From Minisyncoccales bacterium (lineage in GTDB: Bacteria > Patescibacteriota > Minisyncoccia > Minisyncoccales > UBA5738), in NCBI GenBank assembly GCA_049641805.1, contig JBARNX010000043.1, positions 1 through 55,401 on the forward strand: DNA of 55,401 nucleotides. The letters run 5' to 3'. A model generated the notes under the pieces. The model ran no database searches. It was not told the DNA's origin and worked only from the letters and a program-made list of their open reading frames with translations. Numbering within the stretch: position 1 is the stretch's first letter; each line of letters opens with the position of its first letter. Of this stretch, positions 26,364 to 35,149 are shown piece after piece. Position numbers and translations under genes: made by a program.

Positions 26364-27630
26364 ATTCGCGCATTTGAAGCTGAGCCCTGATTTGTCGCAC
26401 AGTTTCCAGAATAACGCTAACCGCGATCAAAAGCGATGTACCGCCGATCAAAAAACTGAATGAATTGATGCCCGTAAACGATCCGATCACCTGCGGCATA
26501 ATCGCGATTATTCCCAAAAACACCGCGCCCACAAGAAGCACCCGATTCAAAATATAATGCAGAAAATCGGCGGTCGGGGTTCCGGGACGAATACCGGGAA
26601 CAAACCCGCCCATCTTTTGCAAATTATTCGATATTTGCTTAGGGTCGAATGTCACTGCGGTATAAAAATAAGTGAAAAGCACCACCAGCAGGAAATAAGA
26701 AGCCATATAGAACGCGCTATCGGCCTGGAAAAGATTGGCGGTTGCCTGCGCGACACTGCCCACCCATCCGGGCGAAGAAACCAGAAAATTGGCAATCATT
26801 GACGGAAACAGCAATATCGAAAGCGCGAAGATAATTGGAATCACGCCCGCCGGATTGATATTCAACGGCAAATAGGTTGATACCCCGCCCACCATTTTCA
26901 TCCCCCGTACGCGTTTGGCATACGACACGGGAATATTGCGCCGCGCTTCATTAACCAATACCACCGCGGCCACCATCGCAATCGCCATCACGAAAAACGC
27001 GATGTAGCCGGGAATCATCGACGGATCATAAGCGGATGCCATTTGTTGGACATTCTTTGGAAAATCGGCCACAATGCCGGCAAAGATCAAAAGCGAAACG
27101 CCGTTGCCGATCCCCTTTTCGGTTATCAATTCGCCCATCCACATCAAAAGCATCGATCCGGCCGTGATCGTCAAAAGCGCCGCAACCATTACCAAAGGCG
27201 AGGAAAACTCCACCACATTCTGGCGTTGCAGCAATATCATCATCGCGTAACCTTGCAATAATGCCAAAGGAACCGTAGCGATGCGCGCATATTGGTTAAA
27301 TTTGGTCCGGCCCGCTTCGCCTTCTTCCTTATACATCTTCTCCAGCGTCGGAAAAATCATTGTCAATAACTGCAAAATAATGATTGCCGTAATGTAAGGC
27401 CCGAGCCCGAGCATCGCAATCGAAAGCCGATCCATTGATCCGCCCGTAAACGCGCCTAAAAGCTGAAACATCTGAAACTGGCCGAAGAATATTTTCAGCT
27501 GATTGACATCGATTCCGGGAATCGGGATATTGCACATCATCCGGTACAGCGCAAAAGCTCCCAGCACAAAAATAATCTTGTTGCGCAAGTCCTTGATCTT
27601 AAAAGCCTGAATTACAGTTTGGTACCACAT
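26350..27630 (-). CDS. secY: Preprotein translocase subunit SecY
   Basis: 10-transmembrane pattern with LGLGPYITA.II.QLL and GIGNG.SL.IF.GI. The TTG track start at 27663 lies inside repeat A3 and was trimmed to the ATG at 27630. Confidence 0.92.
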   Translation of the reverse strand: MWYQTVIQAFKIKDLRNKIIFVLGAFALYRMMCNIPIPGIDVNQLKIFFGQFQMFQLLGAFTGGSMDRLSIAMLGLGPYITAIIILQLLTMIFPTLEKMYKEEGEAGRTKFNQYARIATVPLALLQGYAMMILLQRQNVVEFSSPLVMVAALLTITAGSMLLMWMGELITEKGIGNGVSLLIFAGIVADFPKNVQQMASAYDPSMIPGYIAFFVMAIAMVAAVVLVNEARRNIPVSYAKRVRGMKMVGGVSTYLPLNINPAGVIPIIFALSILLFPSMIANFLVSSPGWVGSVAQATANLFQADSAFYMASYFLLVVLFTYFYTAVTFDPKQISNNLQKMGGFVPGIRPGTPTADFLHYILNRVLLVGAVFLGIIAIMPQVIGSFTGINSFSFLIGGTSLLIAVSVILETVRQIRAQLQMREYETF

Positions 27631-27748
27631 TTCAAAATTAAAAATGTAAAAATCAAAGATCAAAATTAAGGGAAAAACATATCGTTAAAATTTTGCCCTG
27701 AAAAATTTTAACTCCAAAATTTTTAACTTTGATCTTTTAACTTTTAAT
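27631..27748. repeat. Family-A repeat, copy A3 (inverted orientation)
   Basis: AATGTAAAAATCAAAGATCAAAATTAAGGGAAAAACATATCGTTAAAATTTT..AAAATTTTAACTCC..TTTTAACTTTGATCTTTTAAC. Confidence 0.85.
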
Positions 27749-28178
27749 TTTTTACGCTGCCGCCCGCTTTCTCTATCTTTTCCTTCGCCGATTTGGAAAC
27801 TTCACAATCCTCGACAATCAAATTCTTGGTAATTTTTCCCGTACCCAGTATCTTTATTTCGGAATATCGACCCGAAACCCGGGGCGCCAAATTCATTTCC
27901 ACCAAAGTTCTGGGAGTGACTTTCTGGCCGTTTTCGAATTTTGATTCAAGCTCCTTGATATTCACAATTTCCGCCTTAACGCCAACTTTATGGTTTTTAT
28001 AACCTCTCAATTTGGGATAGCGCTTTAAAACATCCCTGATGATCGGACGAAAATTGCGGCCCGATCTTGCGGTCTGGCCCTTGCCGCCGTGGCCCGAATA
28101 AGTGCCGCGCTTGCCTCCGCGGCCGACGCGCTTCCGGGATTTGACGGCGATTTTAACGGCTAATTGATGTATCTGCAT
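27744..28178 (-). CDS. rplO: 50S ribosomal protein L15
   Basis: RKRVGRGGKRGTYSGHGGKGQTARSG. Confidence 0.93.
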   Translation of the reverse strand: MQIHQLAVKIAVKSRKRVGRGGKRGTYSGHGGKGQTARSGRNFRPIIRDVLKRYPKLRGYKNHKVGVKAEIVNIKELESKFENGQKVTPRTLVEMNLAPRVSGRYSEIKILGTGKITKNLIVEDCEVSKSAKEKIEKAGGSVKN

Positions 28179-28202
28179 AAATAGTAAATTAGTTTTCGCG
28201 CG

Positions 28203-28910
28203 CTACTTGGCGACCGGCGTCACTTCCGGCTCCTTGATCGCCGGCGCGACAACTTCCGGTTTTTTGGAAGTTTGAAGTTTCAGATATTCAAAAGCTTTTA
28301 AAGTCGCGCGCGCGTTGTTCAATTTATTTTTAGTCGTACCCAACATTTTGGAAGAAATGTCTTTTATCCCGGCCAGCTGGCAAATCAAGCGCACCACGCC
28401 GCCCGCCATCAAACCGCGGCCTTTGCGCTGGGGCTTGATGATAACCTGAGCGGGGCCGACCTTGGCAACCGCTTCGTGGGAAATCGTTCCCTTGACCACC
28501 GGCACAATCACCATATCCTTTTTTGACTGAATGGTCGCTTTTTCGACTGCTTGAGCCACATCCAAACCGGAAGCGACCCCCAAGCCAACTTTGCCCGCCT
28601 TATTGCCGCTGATCACGATCGCGCGAAAACGCAACCGCCGTCCTCCGGCGCGAGTATGGGAAACCCTCGACAAATCAAGCAGTTTGGAATCCATACCGTC
28701 GCGATCCTTTTCTTCGCGTTTGCCGTAACCTCCCCGCGATCTGCCGCCGCCGAAACGGCTATCGCCTTTGGGCCGCGAAAACCGATTGTCCTGGCCGCGA
28801 AAACCGCTCCGGTCGTTCCGGGGCGCAACTTGTGCCGCCGCCGGCGTTGCCGGAACAGCCGCAACCTGCGGCACCGTTCCTTTTTGTGTTGTTTGTTGTG
28901 TTGCTTCCAT
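28203..28910 (-). CDS. rpsE: 30S ribosomal protein S5 with a ~75-aa RGG/Q-rich N-terminal extension
   Basis: VSHTRAGGRRLRFRAIVISGN..G.VG.G...........A............ plus the C-terminal S5 domain. Only 24 nt separate it from rplO, so there is no room for L30. Confidence 0.92.
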   Translation of the reverse strand: MEATQQTTQKGTVPQVAAVPATPAAAQVAPRNDRSGFRGQDNRFSRPKGDSRFGGGRSRGGYGKREEKDRDGMDSKLLDLSRVSHTRAGGRRLRFRAIVISGNKAGKVGLGVASGLDVAQAVEKATIQSKKDMVIVPVVKGTISHEAVAKVGPAQVIIKPQRKGRGLMAGGVVRLICQLAGIKDISSKMLGTTKNKLNNARATLKAFEYLKLQTSKKPEVVAPAIKEPEVTPVAK

Positions 28911-28927
28911 GTTTCAATTTTGATTTT

Positions 28928-29311
28928 TTAGAACTCCAATCCTCCTTTGCGCGCGCCTTCCGCCAGACTCTTCACTCGGCCGTGATAGCGGTAAGCTCCG
29001 CGATCAAACACGACCTGTTTGGCTTTTAATTCCTGCGCGGCTTTGGCGATCGACTCGCCAACCGTAAACGCCATCGCGCATTTTTCGGACAACTCGCCTT
29101 TCCGACCGGCCGCCTTTACCGCCTTCAAATCGCTGCTGACCGCCAATGTCACTCCTTTTTGGTCATCGATCAACTGGGCCAGAATGTGCTTGTTTGACCT
29201 GAATACGCACAACCGAGGTTTTGCCGCCGTACCCGAAATCCGGGCGCGAACGCGGCGATGCCGATCCGTTTTTCGCTGTATTTTATGCTTAATTTTATTT
29301 CTGATGCTCAT
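28928..29311 (-). CDS. rplR: 50S ribosomal protein L18
   Basis: [29 protein letters not shown]...VVFDRG.Y.YHGRVK.LAEGAR.GGL.F. Confidence 0.94.
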   Translation of the reverse strand: MSIRNKIKHKIQRKTDRHRRVRARISGTAAKPRLCVFRSNKHILAQLIDDQKGVTLAVSSDLKAVKAAGRKGELSEKCAMAFTVGESIAKAAQELKAKQVVFDRGAYRYHGRVKSLAEGARKGGLEF

Positions 29312-29319
29312 AGATAGTT

Positions 29320-29403
29320 TTAATCACCAATCTTCAATCATTAACCCTTAACATAAATTAATTCCGCATTTCGCTAAAGATTAAAAGATTGACAGTTAAT
29401 GAT
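29320..29403. repeat. Family-F hairpin, copy F2
   Basis: AATCACCAATCTTCAATCATTAAC ... CTAAAGATTAAAAGATTGACAGTTAATGATT. Confidence 0.55.
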
Positions 29404-29948
29404 TATTTCGCGCCGGCCGCCGCCTTCTTGCCAACCTTCTTGCGCACTTTTTCGCCGACATAACGGATTCCCTTGCCCTTATAAGGCTCCGGCGGTCGAA
29501 CCCGGCGAATCTGTGCCGCCACTTTGGAAACCAATTCCTTATCGCAACCCGACAAGCTAATGATATTTTTTTCAACTTTAAAAACAACTCCCGGTTCGGC
29601 ATCAATCGCAACCGGATGGGAAAACCCCATATTCAAAACCAAACCCTTGCCTTCAACCGCCGCGCGGTACCCGATTCCCTCAATTTGCAATTGTTTGACA
29701 AAATCCTGAGTTGATCCCTGAACCATATTTGCCAAATGCATTCTGACCGTACCCCACATCGCGCGCGCAACTTTGCTTTCATTGGCGGGATTCACCGTTA
29801 AAACCGACGCCTCTTTGGTAATTAAAACCTCCGGACCGAAATTCCGCGATAGTTGCCCTTTCGGACCCTTTACCGTAATTTTCGCGCCATCAATGGCGAC
29901 ATCAACTCCGGAAGGTATGATTATTGGTTTCTTGCCTATTCTGCTCAT
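29403..29948 (-). CDS. rplF: 50S ribosomal protein L6
   Basis: MSRIGKKPI.IP.GV.V.I.G..ITVKGPKG.L. Confidence 0.94.
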   Translation of the reverse strand: MSRIGKKPIIIPSGVDVAIDGAKITVKGPKGQLSRNFGPEVLITKEASVLTVNPANESKVARAMWGTVRMHLANMVQGSTQDFVKQLQIEGIGYRAAVEGKGLVLNMGFSHPVAIDAEPGVVFKVEKNIISLSGCDKELVSKVAAQIRRVRPPEPYKGKGIRYVGEKVRKKVGKKAAAGAK

Positions 29949-29954
29949 TTTGCT

Positions 29955-30066
29955 TAATTTAAAATTGAAATATCAAAATGTAAAATTGTTGTGTTAAAAT
30001 TTTCTTTAAAAATTTTAACGATATATCTTCCTTAATTTTGATCTTTGATTTTTAAACTTTTAATTT
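29955..30066. repeat. Family-A repeat, copy A4
   Basis: GAAATATCAAAATGTAAAATTGTTGTGTTAAAATTTTCTTTAAAAATTTTAACGATATATCTTCCTTAATTTTGATCTTTGATTTTTAAAC. Confidence 0.88.
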
Positions 30067-30070
30067 TCTA

Positions 30071-30475
30071 TTACCAGATCTCGCAAAGCATTTCTCCGCC
30101 GATGTTCTGTTTCTTGGCTTCGTATTCAGTCATCAACCCCTTGGAAGTCGTGATTATCCCTATGCCATGGCCCTGCTTCACTCTTTTGATATCGCCCGCG
30201 GCCACATAAACCCTCAAACCCGGCTTGGAAATCTTTTTGTAACCCGAAATTGCCGGAATTTTATTCGTATATTTCAAAGAAATCTCCAGACAAGGATGCA
30301 TTTTGCCGGTCTTTTTTATTTTCCGGCTCTTTTTTTCCACGCCCGCGACAAGCCCTTTTCTTTCCAAGATTTTGGCAACGGCATATTTCATGCTCGAATA
30401 CGGCACCGCCACCAACGGCTTTTCCACCGCCTGCGCATTGCGGATCATTGTTAACATATTTGCGACTGTATCCAT
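30071..30475 (-). CDS. rpsH: 30S ribosomal protein S8
   Basis: DTVANMLT.IRNA......V..P.S......A.IL...G......GIGII.TS.G.MT...A....IGGE.LC..W. Confidence 0.94.
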   Translation of the reverse strand: MDTVANMLTMIRNAQAVEKPLVAVPYSSMKYAVAKILERKGLVAGVEKKSRKIKKTGKMHPCLEISLKYTNKIPAISGYKKISKPGLRVYVAAGDIKRVKQGHGIGIITTSKGLMTEYEAKKQNIGGEMLCEIW

Positions 30476-30480
30476 GTTTC

Positions 30481-30592
30481 AAATTTAAAATTCAAATATC
30501 AAAATGTAAAATTGTTGTGTTAAAATTTTTAAAGAAAATTTTAACGATATATTTTCCCTTAATTTTGATCTTTGATTTTTCAACTTTTAATT
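30481..30592. repeat. Family-A repeat, copy A5
   Basis: Near-identical to A4: TCAAATATCAAAATGTAAAATTGTTGTGTTAAAATTTTTAAAGAAAATTTTAACGATATATTTTCCCTTAATTTTGATCTTTGATTTTTCAAC. Confidence 0.88.
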
Positions 30593-30597
30593 ATTTA

Positions 30598-30783
30598 TTA
30601 CCAGCTGCTTTTCGTTACCCCCGGAATCAGACCTTTGTTGGCCGCCTCTCGGAAGCAAATCCGGCATAAACCGAATTTCCTCATATAACCGTGCTTTCTG
30701 CCGCACTTAAAACATCTGCGCACGACCCTTGATTTGAATTTGGGAGTCCTTTTTGATTTGGCGATTTGTGCTTTTGTTGCCAT
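30598..30783 (-). CDS. rpsN: 30S ribosomal protein S14, short zinc-binding (type Z) form
   Basis: 61 aa with [18 protein letters not shown]......PGV.K.SW. Confidence 0.93.
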   Translation of the reverse strand: MATKAQIAKSKRTPKFKSRVVRRCFKCGRKHGYMRKFGLCRICFREAANKGLIPGVTKSSW

Positions 30784-30789
30784 ACTGAT

Positions 30790-30898
30790 AATTCAAAATT
30801 TAAATATCAAAATGTAAAATTATTGTGTTAAAATTTTCTAAAAGAATTTTAACGATATATTATTCCTTGATTTTGATTTTTGATTTTTCAACTTTTAA
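30790..30898. repeat. Family-A repeat, copy A6. The rplE stop codon lies in its last arm.
   Basis: AATTCAAAATTTAAATATCAAAATGTAAAATTATTGTGTTAAAATTTTCTAAAAGAATTTTAACGATATATTATTCCTTGATTTTGATTTTTGATTTTTCAACTTTTAAC. Confidence 0.88.
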
Positions 30899-31455
30899 CT
30901 TTCTCTGATCGGGAATTTAAGAAGTTTGAACAGAGCCGCGCCTTCTTCCTTGGTTTCCGCGGTCGTCACTACCGTAATTTCAAAACTGAAAATAAAATTT
31001 ATTTTTTCCGGCGAAATCTCCGGAAACGCGATGTGTTCTTTTATGCCAAAGGTCAGATTGCCGGCTTGATCGATCCCTTTCGGGGGAATACCTTGAAAAT
31101 CGCGCGACCGGGGCAAGGCCACCGTGATCACTCTTTCCAAAAAATCATACATCTTGTTGCGCCTCAAAGTCGATTTGGCGCCGATATTCTGGCCTTCGCG
31201 GATCTTAAAACTCGAAATTGAGTTCTTCGCCTGCGTTACCATCGCTTTCTGGCCGCAAATTTGGGTAAGGTCGCGGGCAACCGCTTCCTGGATTTTTTTC
31301 TGTTCATCCTTGGTTTTCCCCGAAACCAAACGGCCAAAACCGCAGTTAACCACAACTTTTTCAATCTTGGGAACCTCCATTTCGTTGCGATAGCCAAACT
31401 GCTTCATCATTGCCGGTACCGCTTCCTTTTTATATTTTTCCAATAAATAAGCCAT
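30895..31455 (-). CDS. rplE: 50S ribosomal protein L5
   Basis: VPKIEKVVVN.G.G ... RDF.G....G.D..GN.TFGI.E...FPEI. Confidence 0.94.
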   Translation of the reverse strand: MAYLLEKYKKEAVPAMMKQFGYRNEMEVPKIEKVVVNCGFGRLVSGKTKDEQKKIQEAVARDLTQICGQKAMVTQAKNSISSFKIREGQNIGAKSTLRRNKMYDFLERVITVALPRSRDFQGIPPKGIDQAGNLTFGIKEHIAFPEISPEKINFIFSFEITVVTTAETKEEGAALFKLLKFPIRES

Positions 31456-31463
31456 ATCAGAAC

Positions 31464-31572
31464 AAATTCAAAATTTAAATATCAAAATGTAAAATTATTG
31501 TGTTAAAATCGCTTGCAATTTCAACGATATATTATTCCTTAATTTTGATCTTTGATTTTTCAACTTTTAATT
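31464..31572. repeat. Family-A repeat, copy A7. Shares a private inner variant with A8.
   Basis: Inner module AAAATCGCTTGCAATTTCAAC at 31505-31525, identical to 32765-32785. Confidence 0.88.
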
Positions 31573-31574
31573 TT

Positions 31575-31898
31575 TTAGATCTCGGATAGGCACTTTTTGC
31601 AAATCCTAACCGTATTTTTACCGCCATCCTTGCCGCCTTCGATCACTTTATATCCGACTCTCGCCGCCTTGCCGCATTTGGGACAAATAAGCTTCACATT
31701 GGACGCGTCGATGGATTTTGGCAAGGAAACGATCTGGCCTTTTTGCCCCTGTTGTCTCGGTTTCTGGCTTTTTTTGGCGATATTCACGCCTTCCACCACG
31801 ATCCGCCCGTCTTTAGGCAACGCCGTCAAAACCTTTCCGGTCTTGGCACGGTCTTTCCCGGATATCACCAATACATTATCGCCTTTGATTATCTTCAT
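31575..31898 (-). CDS. rplX: 50S ribosomal protein L24 with a C-terminal Cys4 (zinc-ribbon-like) extension
   Basis: KOW motif KGDNVLVISGKDRAKTGKV. The C-terminus has CPKC...CKKC. Confidence 0.9.
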   Translation of the reverse strand: MKIIKGDNVLVISGKDRAKTGKVLTALPKDGRIVVEGVNIAKKSQKPRQQGQKGQIVSLPKSIDASNVKLICPKCGKAARVGYKVIEGGKDGGKNTVRICKKCLSEI

Positions 31899-31915
31899 AT
31901 ATAAACTTTAAGCCT

Positions 31916-31975
31916 AAAGCGAAAAGTGTAAAGTAAGAATTCGAATCCGTATTTTTACTTTGCACTTTGCGCTTT
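31916..31975. repeat. Unique 21-bp-arm hairpin in the rplX-rplN spacer
   Basis: AAAGCGAAAAGTGTAAAGTAA / TTACTTTGCACTTTGCGCTTT, with 2 mismatches. Confidence 0.6.
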
Positions 31976-31988
31976 TAGTTTTGCACTT

Positions 31989-32360
31989 TTATACCAGTTC
32001 TTCGGCCAACGCCGCCACTTTATCGTAACCCTTCTCTTTTAATTCCTTGGCAACCGGTCCAAAGATCCTTCCGCCTTTGGGTTCCATTGTCTTGCCTTCC
32101 AAAACCACGCAGGCGTTGTCGTCGAAGCGCACATATGTGCCGTCCTGGCGTTTGTACTCTTTTTTCTGCCGAATGATCACCACCCGCACTTTTTCGTGTT
32201 TTTTAACCATCTTGCGCGGATCGGCTTCTTTGACCGCGGCCATCACCACATCGCCCACCGCCGCGTACCGCCGCCGCGTACCGCCGGACACATGGAAACA
32301 CTGGACGATCCTTGCCCCTGTGTTATCCGCGACCTTAAGCATTGTTCGAAGTTGAATCAT
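31989..32360 (-). CDS. rplN: 50S ribosomal protein L14
   Basis: MIQLRTMLKVADNTGAR...C..V.GG....YA.VGD......K. The TTG track start at 32396 was trimmed to the ATG at 32360. Confidence 0.94.
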   Translation of the reverse strand: MIQLRTMLKVADNTGARIVQCFHVSGGTRRRYAAVGDVVMAAVKEADPRKMVKKHEKVRVVIIRQKKEYKRQDGTYVRFDDNACVVLEGKTMEPKGGRIFGPVAKELKEKGYDKVAALAEELV

Positions 32361-32447
32361 ATTAATATCGCCTCTTTTCGGCGTCTGAATAATCAAAGTT
32401 TAAAACGGAGTAATTGTACTATAAAAATTAAAAAAATGCAACCCTGA

Positions 32448-32720
32448 CTACCCGGCGGTTTTAGCTTCTTTTTCTTCCGCCTTGGCCGCGGCGATCTTTC
32501 CTGCCACTTTCCAGCGCTTATCGGCCGACATCGGACGGCATTCCTCGATCACCACCGCGTCGCCAATCTTGTATTCGCCGGTTTCGCAATGAGCTTTATA
32601 TTTTTTACTCACCTTATACCGTTTGTGGTATTTGGGATGTTCTTTTAAACGCTCAACCAAAACCACCACGGTTTTAGCCATTTTGTCGGACATGACTTTT
32701 CCTGTTAATTGATGCTTCAT
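32448..32720 (-). CDS. rpsQ: 30S ribosomal protein S17
   Basis: L.GKV.SDKM.KTVVV.VER...HP.Y.K......KY.AH......GD.V.I.ECRP.S..KRW.V. Confidence 0.93.
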   Translation of the reverse strand: MKHQLTGKVMSDKMAKTVVVLVERLKEHPKYHKRYKVSKKYKAHCETGEYKIGDAVVIEECRPMSADKRWKVAGKIAAAKAEEKEAKTAG

Positions 32721-32724
32721 ATCT

Positions 32725-32834
32725 AATTCAAAATTTTAATATCAAAATGTAAAATTATTGTGTTAAAATCGCTTGCAATTTCAACGATATATATTTTTCC
32801 TTGATTTTGATCTTTGATTTTTCAACTTTTAATT
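32725..32834. repeat. Family-A repeat, copy A8. The rpmC stop lies in its last arm.
   Basis: Same AAAATCGCTTGCAATTTCAAC inner variant as A7 (32765-32785). Confidence 0.88.
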
Positions 32835-33020
32835 TTCTATGGTTTCTTTTTGCAAAGTTTTAATCCGCGCGACATCCAGCTTTATCTGCCGGACTTCTTT
32901 CAAATTCTTCACTTTGCCCGCCGACAAATCAAATCTCAACTCGGCCAGCTTGGCAAGTTTTTCATCCAGCATCACGGCTAATTCTTGTTTATTTTTTTGG
33001 CGCAATTCGGAAGTTTTCAT
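32829..33020 (-). CDS. rpmC: 50S ribosomal protein L29
   Basis: MKTSELRQKNKQEL...L......LRF......KN......K.D.ARI.T. The TTG track start at 33035 was trimmed to the ATG at 33020. Confidence 0.88.
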   Translation of the reverse strand: MKTSELRQKNKQELAVMLDEKLAKLAELRFDLSAGKVKNLKEVRQIKLDVARIKTLQKETIEN

Positions 33021-33040
33021 TTTATGTGATTTCAATATGC

Positions 33041-33463
33041 TTAGAATTCTTTTTTGACAAATCTGGTTTTGATCGGCAATTTATCGCCGGCCTTCTCGAG
33101 CGCCTCGCGGGCGATATCTTCTTTAACGCCATCCAACTCAAACATCAAGCGGCCGGGCTTCACCACAAAAGCGTAATGGTCAACTCCTCCCTTGCCGCCG
33201 CCCAAAGGCACTTCTTCGCCTTTGCTGGTTACCGGCTTGTCCGGGAATATTCTGATCCAAAGCTTGCCGCCCTTCTTTAAATATCTTAAAATCGCCCGGC
33301 GGCCCGCTTCGATCTGGCGCGAAGAAATCCATTTCTCTTCAAGCGCTTTCAAACCGAAACTGCCGTAATTCAACTCGGCTCCGCGGTACGAAAGACCGAT
33401 ACCGCGGCGGCGGCCCTTCTGCCATTTGCGATGCTTAACTTTTTTTGGCATTAAAATTGACAT
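33041..33463 (-). CDS. rplP: 50S ribosomal protein L16 (start uncertain: ATG at 33463 or ATG at 33451)
   Basis: (MSIL)[17 protein letters not shown]......G..L.YG.FGLKA.E...I..RQIEA.R.A. The TTG track start at 33502 lies in hairpin C2. Confidence 0.9.
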   Translation of the reverse strand: MSILMPKKVKHRKWQKGRRRGIGLSYRGAELNYGSFGLKALEEKWISSRQIEAGRRAILRYLKKGGKLWIRIFPDKPVTSKGEEVPLGGGKGGVDHYAFVVKPGRLMFELDGVKEDIAREALEKAGDKLPIKTRFVKKEF

Positions 33464-33474
33464 ATACTCAATAA

Positions 33475-33556
33475 TTTCAAATTTCCAATTTCCAAATGTC
33501 AAATTAAGAATTTTGGCATTGGATATTCATTGGAAATTGGACATTTGGAATTGGAC
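33475..33556. repeat. Family-C hairpin, copy C2
   Basis: TCAAATTTCCAATTTCCAAATGTCAAAT ... ATTGGAAATTGGACATTTGGAATTGGA. Confidence 0.65.
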
Positions 33557-33560
33557 TTTT

Positions 33561-34223
33561 TTAGATTTTCTCCCCTTTATATATCCACACCTTGATCCCG
33601 ATGACGCCGTAGGTGCAATGCGCTTCGGTCAGCTCGTAATCAATATCGGCCCTAATGGTTTGCCGCGGCAAACGCCCCTTGCCAAGCCACGCCGTGCGCG
33701 CGATTTCAACACCGTTCAACCTTCCCGCCACCTGAACCCTCACTCCCTGCACATCCCGCGAACCCATAGCCTTCTCTATCGATTGCTTCAGAACCTTCAA
33801 ATAAGGCATCCGCTTCTCGATTTGCGCCGCGATTGATTGGCCGATATAAGCCGCCGATGCCCAGGGATTCGTGATTTCTCTGATTTCAACGCGCAAATCC
33901 GCGCCGTTCTTTTTTGTTTTGCCGGTTTTCGGTCCCTTAAAAATCAATTTCTCCAATTTCTTCCGCAACTCCTCAATCCCTTGCCCCTGGCGGCCGATAA
34001 TAAGACCCGGGCGCACGCATGAAATTATCACATTCATTTTGCCGGGAAACCGGTCGATCTCAACCTCGGAAATGCCGATGCCCGCGAGGCGCTTGTGAAG
34101 GAATTGGCGTATCAGAAAATCTTCTTCCAGCATCGCAGGAAATTTCTTTTCGTAATAACCGCGGGAATACCATCCCGAGCTGTCTTTTATTCTGAATCCT
34201 TTCGGATGAACCTTGTGAGCCAT
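33561..34223 (-). CDS. rpsC: 30S ribosomal protein S3
   Basis: MAHKVHPKGFR....S.W.S.......F...L.ED..IR (KH domain), plus GRLNG.EIAR.....G..P..T.RADIDY. Confidence 0.94.
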   Translation of the reverse strand: MAHKVHPKGFRIKDSSGWYSRGYYEKKFPAMLEEDFLIRQFLHKRLAGIGISEVEIDRFPGKMNVIISCVRPGLIIGRQGQGIEELRKKLEKLIFKGPKTGKTKKNGADLRVEIREITNPWASAAYIGQSIAAQIEKRMPYLKVLKQSIEKAMGSRDVQGVRVQVAGRLNGVEIARTAWLGKGRLPRQTIRADIDYELTEAHCTYGVIGIKVWIYKGEKI

Positions 34224-34228
34224 AGTAA

Positions 34229-34308
34229 TAATTCAAAATTTAAATATCAAAATGTAAAATTGTTGCGTTATTCCTTGATTTTGATCTTTGATTTTTCAAC
34301 TTTTAACT
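34229..34308. repeat. Family-A short form (no inner module), copy A9. Its right arm is translated as the L22 C-terminus.
   Basis: AATTCAAAATTTAAATATCAAAATGTAAAATTGTTGCGTTATTCCTTGATTTTGATCTTTGATTTTTCAACTTTTAAC. Confidence 0.85.
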
Positions 34309-34636
34309 TTTCTTTAAGTATCATTGTGATATGAGCCGTTCTTTTTTGCAGTTTGTCGGCGCGGCCGCGCGATCTGGGAAAAACTCTTTCCGACATCGGG
34401 CCGTCGTTAACCATCAATCGATCAATATAAAAATTATTCGGATCCAATTTATAAGTATTCTTCGCCGTCGCCATCGCCGATTGCAAAAGCTTCAATATCG
34501 GCAAACTGGCCTTCTTGGCGGTAAATCTCAAAATCGCTTCGGCCTCGGTCGTCGATTTGTATCTCACCAGATCCGCCACCATCCTCACTTTCCGGGCGGT
34601 GATCTTTAAATTTCGTAATTTTACCGTGATTGCCAT
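34268..34636 (-). CDS. rplV: 50S ribosomal protein L22. The last ~12 residues (LKVEKSKIKIKE) are encoded by repeat A9.
   Basis: ARKVRMVADLVR......A..IL.F..K.A......L.SA.ATA.......P....I....V..GP...R..PR.RGRA....KRT.HIT.IL. Confidence 0.92.
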   Translation of the reverse strand: MAITVKLRNLKITARKVRMVADLVRYKSTTEAEAILRFTAKKASLPILKLLQSAMATAKNTYKLDPNNFYIDRLMVNDGPMSERVFPRSRGRADKLQKRTAHITMILKEKLKVEKSKIKIKE

Positions 34637-34643
34637 ATTAGTA

Positions 34644-34722
34644 AATCAAAATGTAAATATCAAAATGTAAAATTGTTGCGTTATTCCTTGATTTTGATCT
34701 TTGATTTTTCAACTTTTAACTT
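34644..34722. repeat. Family-A short form, copy A10
   Basis: From ATATCAAAATG through CAACTTTTAAC it is identical to A9. Confidence 0.85.
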
Positions 34723-34723
34723 T

Positions 34724-35044
34724 TTACTTCTTCTTTGCCGATGCCGCAACGGTTACCGCTCCGGCGCTCGCCTGCTTGGCTTCAAGATCCTTTTGCATCT
34801 TGCCGCCGTGGCGATGGAATTTGGTCGTCGGAGAAAATTCTCCCAGCTTATGCCCCACCATTTCTTCATTGGGCTTGACCGAAATGAATTCTTTGCCGTT
34901 ATGAACCGCGAATGCCAGCCCGATCATTTCGGGAACGATCGTGCTCCGGCGCGACCAAGTCTTAATGACCGCAATGCCGCCCTTTTTGACTTTTTCCATT
35001 AATTTCTCGTCCACGAAAGGACCTTTTTTTAAACTTCGTGCCAT
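34724..35044 (-). CDS. rpsS: 30S ribosomal protein S19 with a short A/K-rich C-terminal extension
   Basis: [15 protein letters not shown]..........[14 protein letters not shown]...AVHNGK.F..V.....[14 protein letters not shown]. Confidence 0.94.
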   Translation of the reverse strand: MARSLKKGPFVDEKLMEKVKKGGIAVIKTWSRRSTIVPEMIGLAFAVHNGKEFISVKPNEEMVGHKLGEFSPTTKFHRHGGKMQKDLEAKQASAGAVTVAASAKKK

Positions 35045-35048
35045 ATAA

Positions 35049-35145
35049 ATAATTCAAAATGAAAATTATTGTGTTGAAATTTTCTTTAAAAATTCCAACG
35101 GTATATTTTTCTTGATTTTGATCTTTGATTTTTCAACTTTTAATT
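35049..35145. repeat. Family-A repeat, copy A11 (left arm truncated)
   Basis: AATTCAAAATGAAAATTATTGTGTTGAAATTTTCTTTAAAAATTCCAACGGTATATTTTTCTTGATTTTGATCTTTGATTTTTCAAC. Confidence 0.8.
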
Positions 35146-35149
35146 TTCA

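Noticed and set aside
26350-27663. Longer N-termini given by the ORF track for secY, fusA, rplB, rplN, rplP, rpmC, rpsG, rpsL, map, iscS, the SdpI-like gene, the YkuK-like gene, M50, CapA, the SDH protease, the ATPase and the beta-helix protein.
   Set aside because: The extensions start at TTG or GTG codons or at upstream ATGs that lie inside hairpin repeats, terminators or the neighbouring gene. They add residues that do not align with the conserved family N-termini, so I used the internal ATG.
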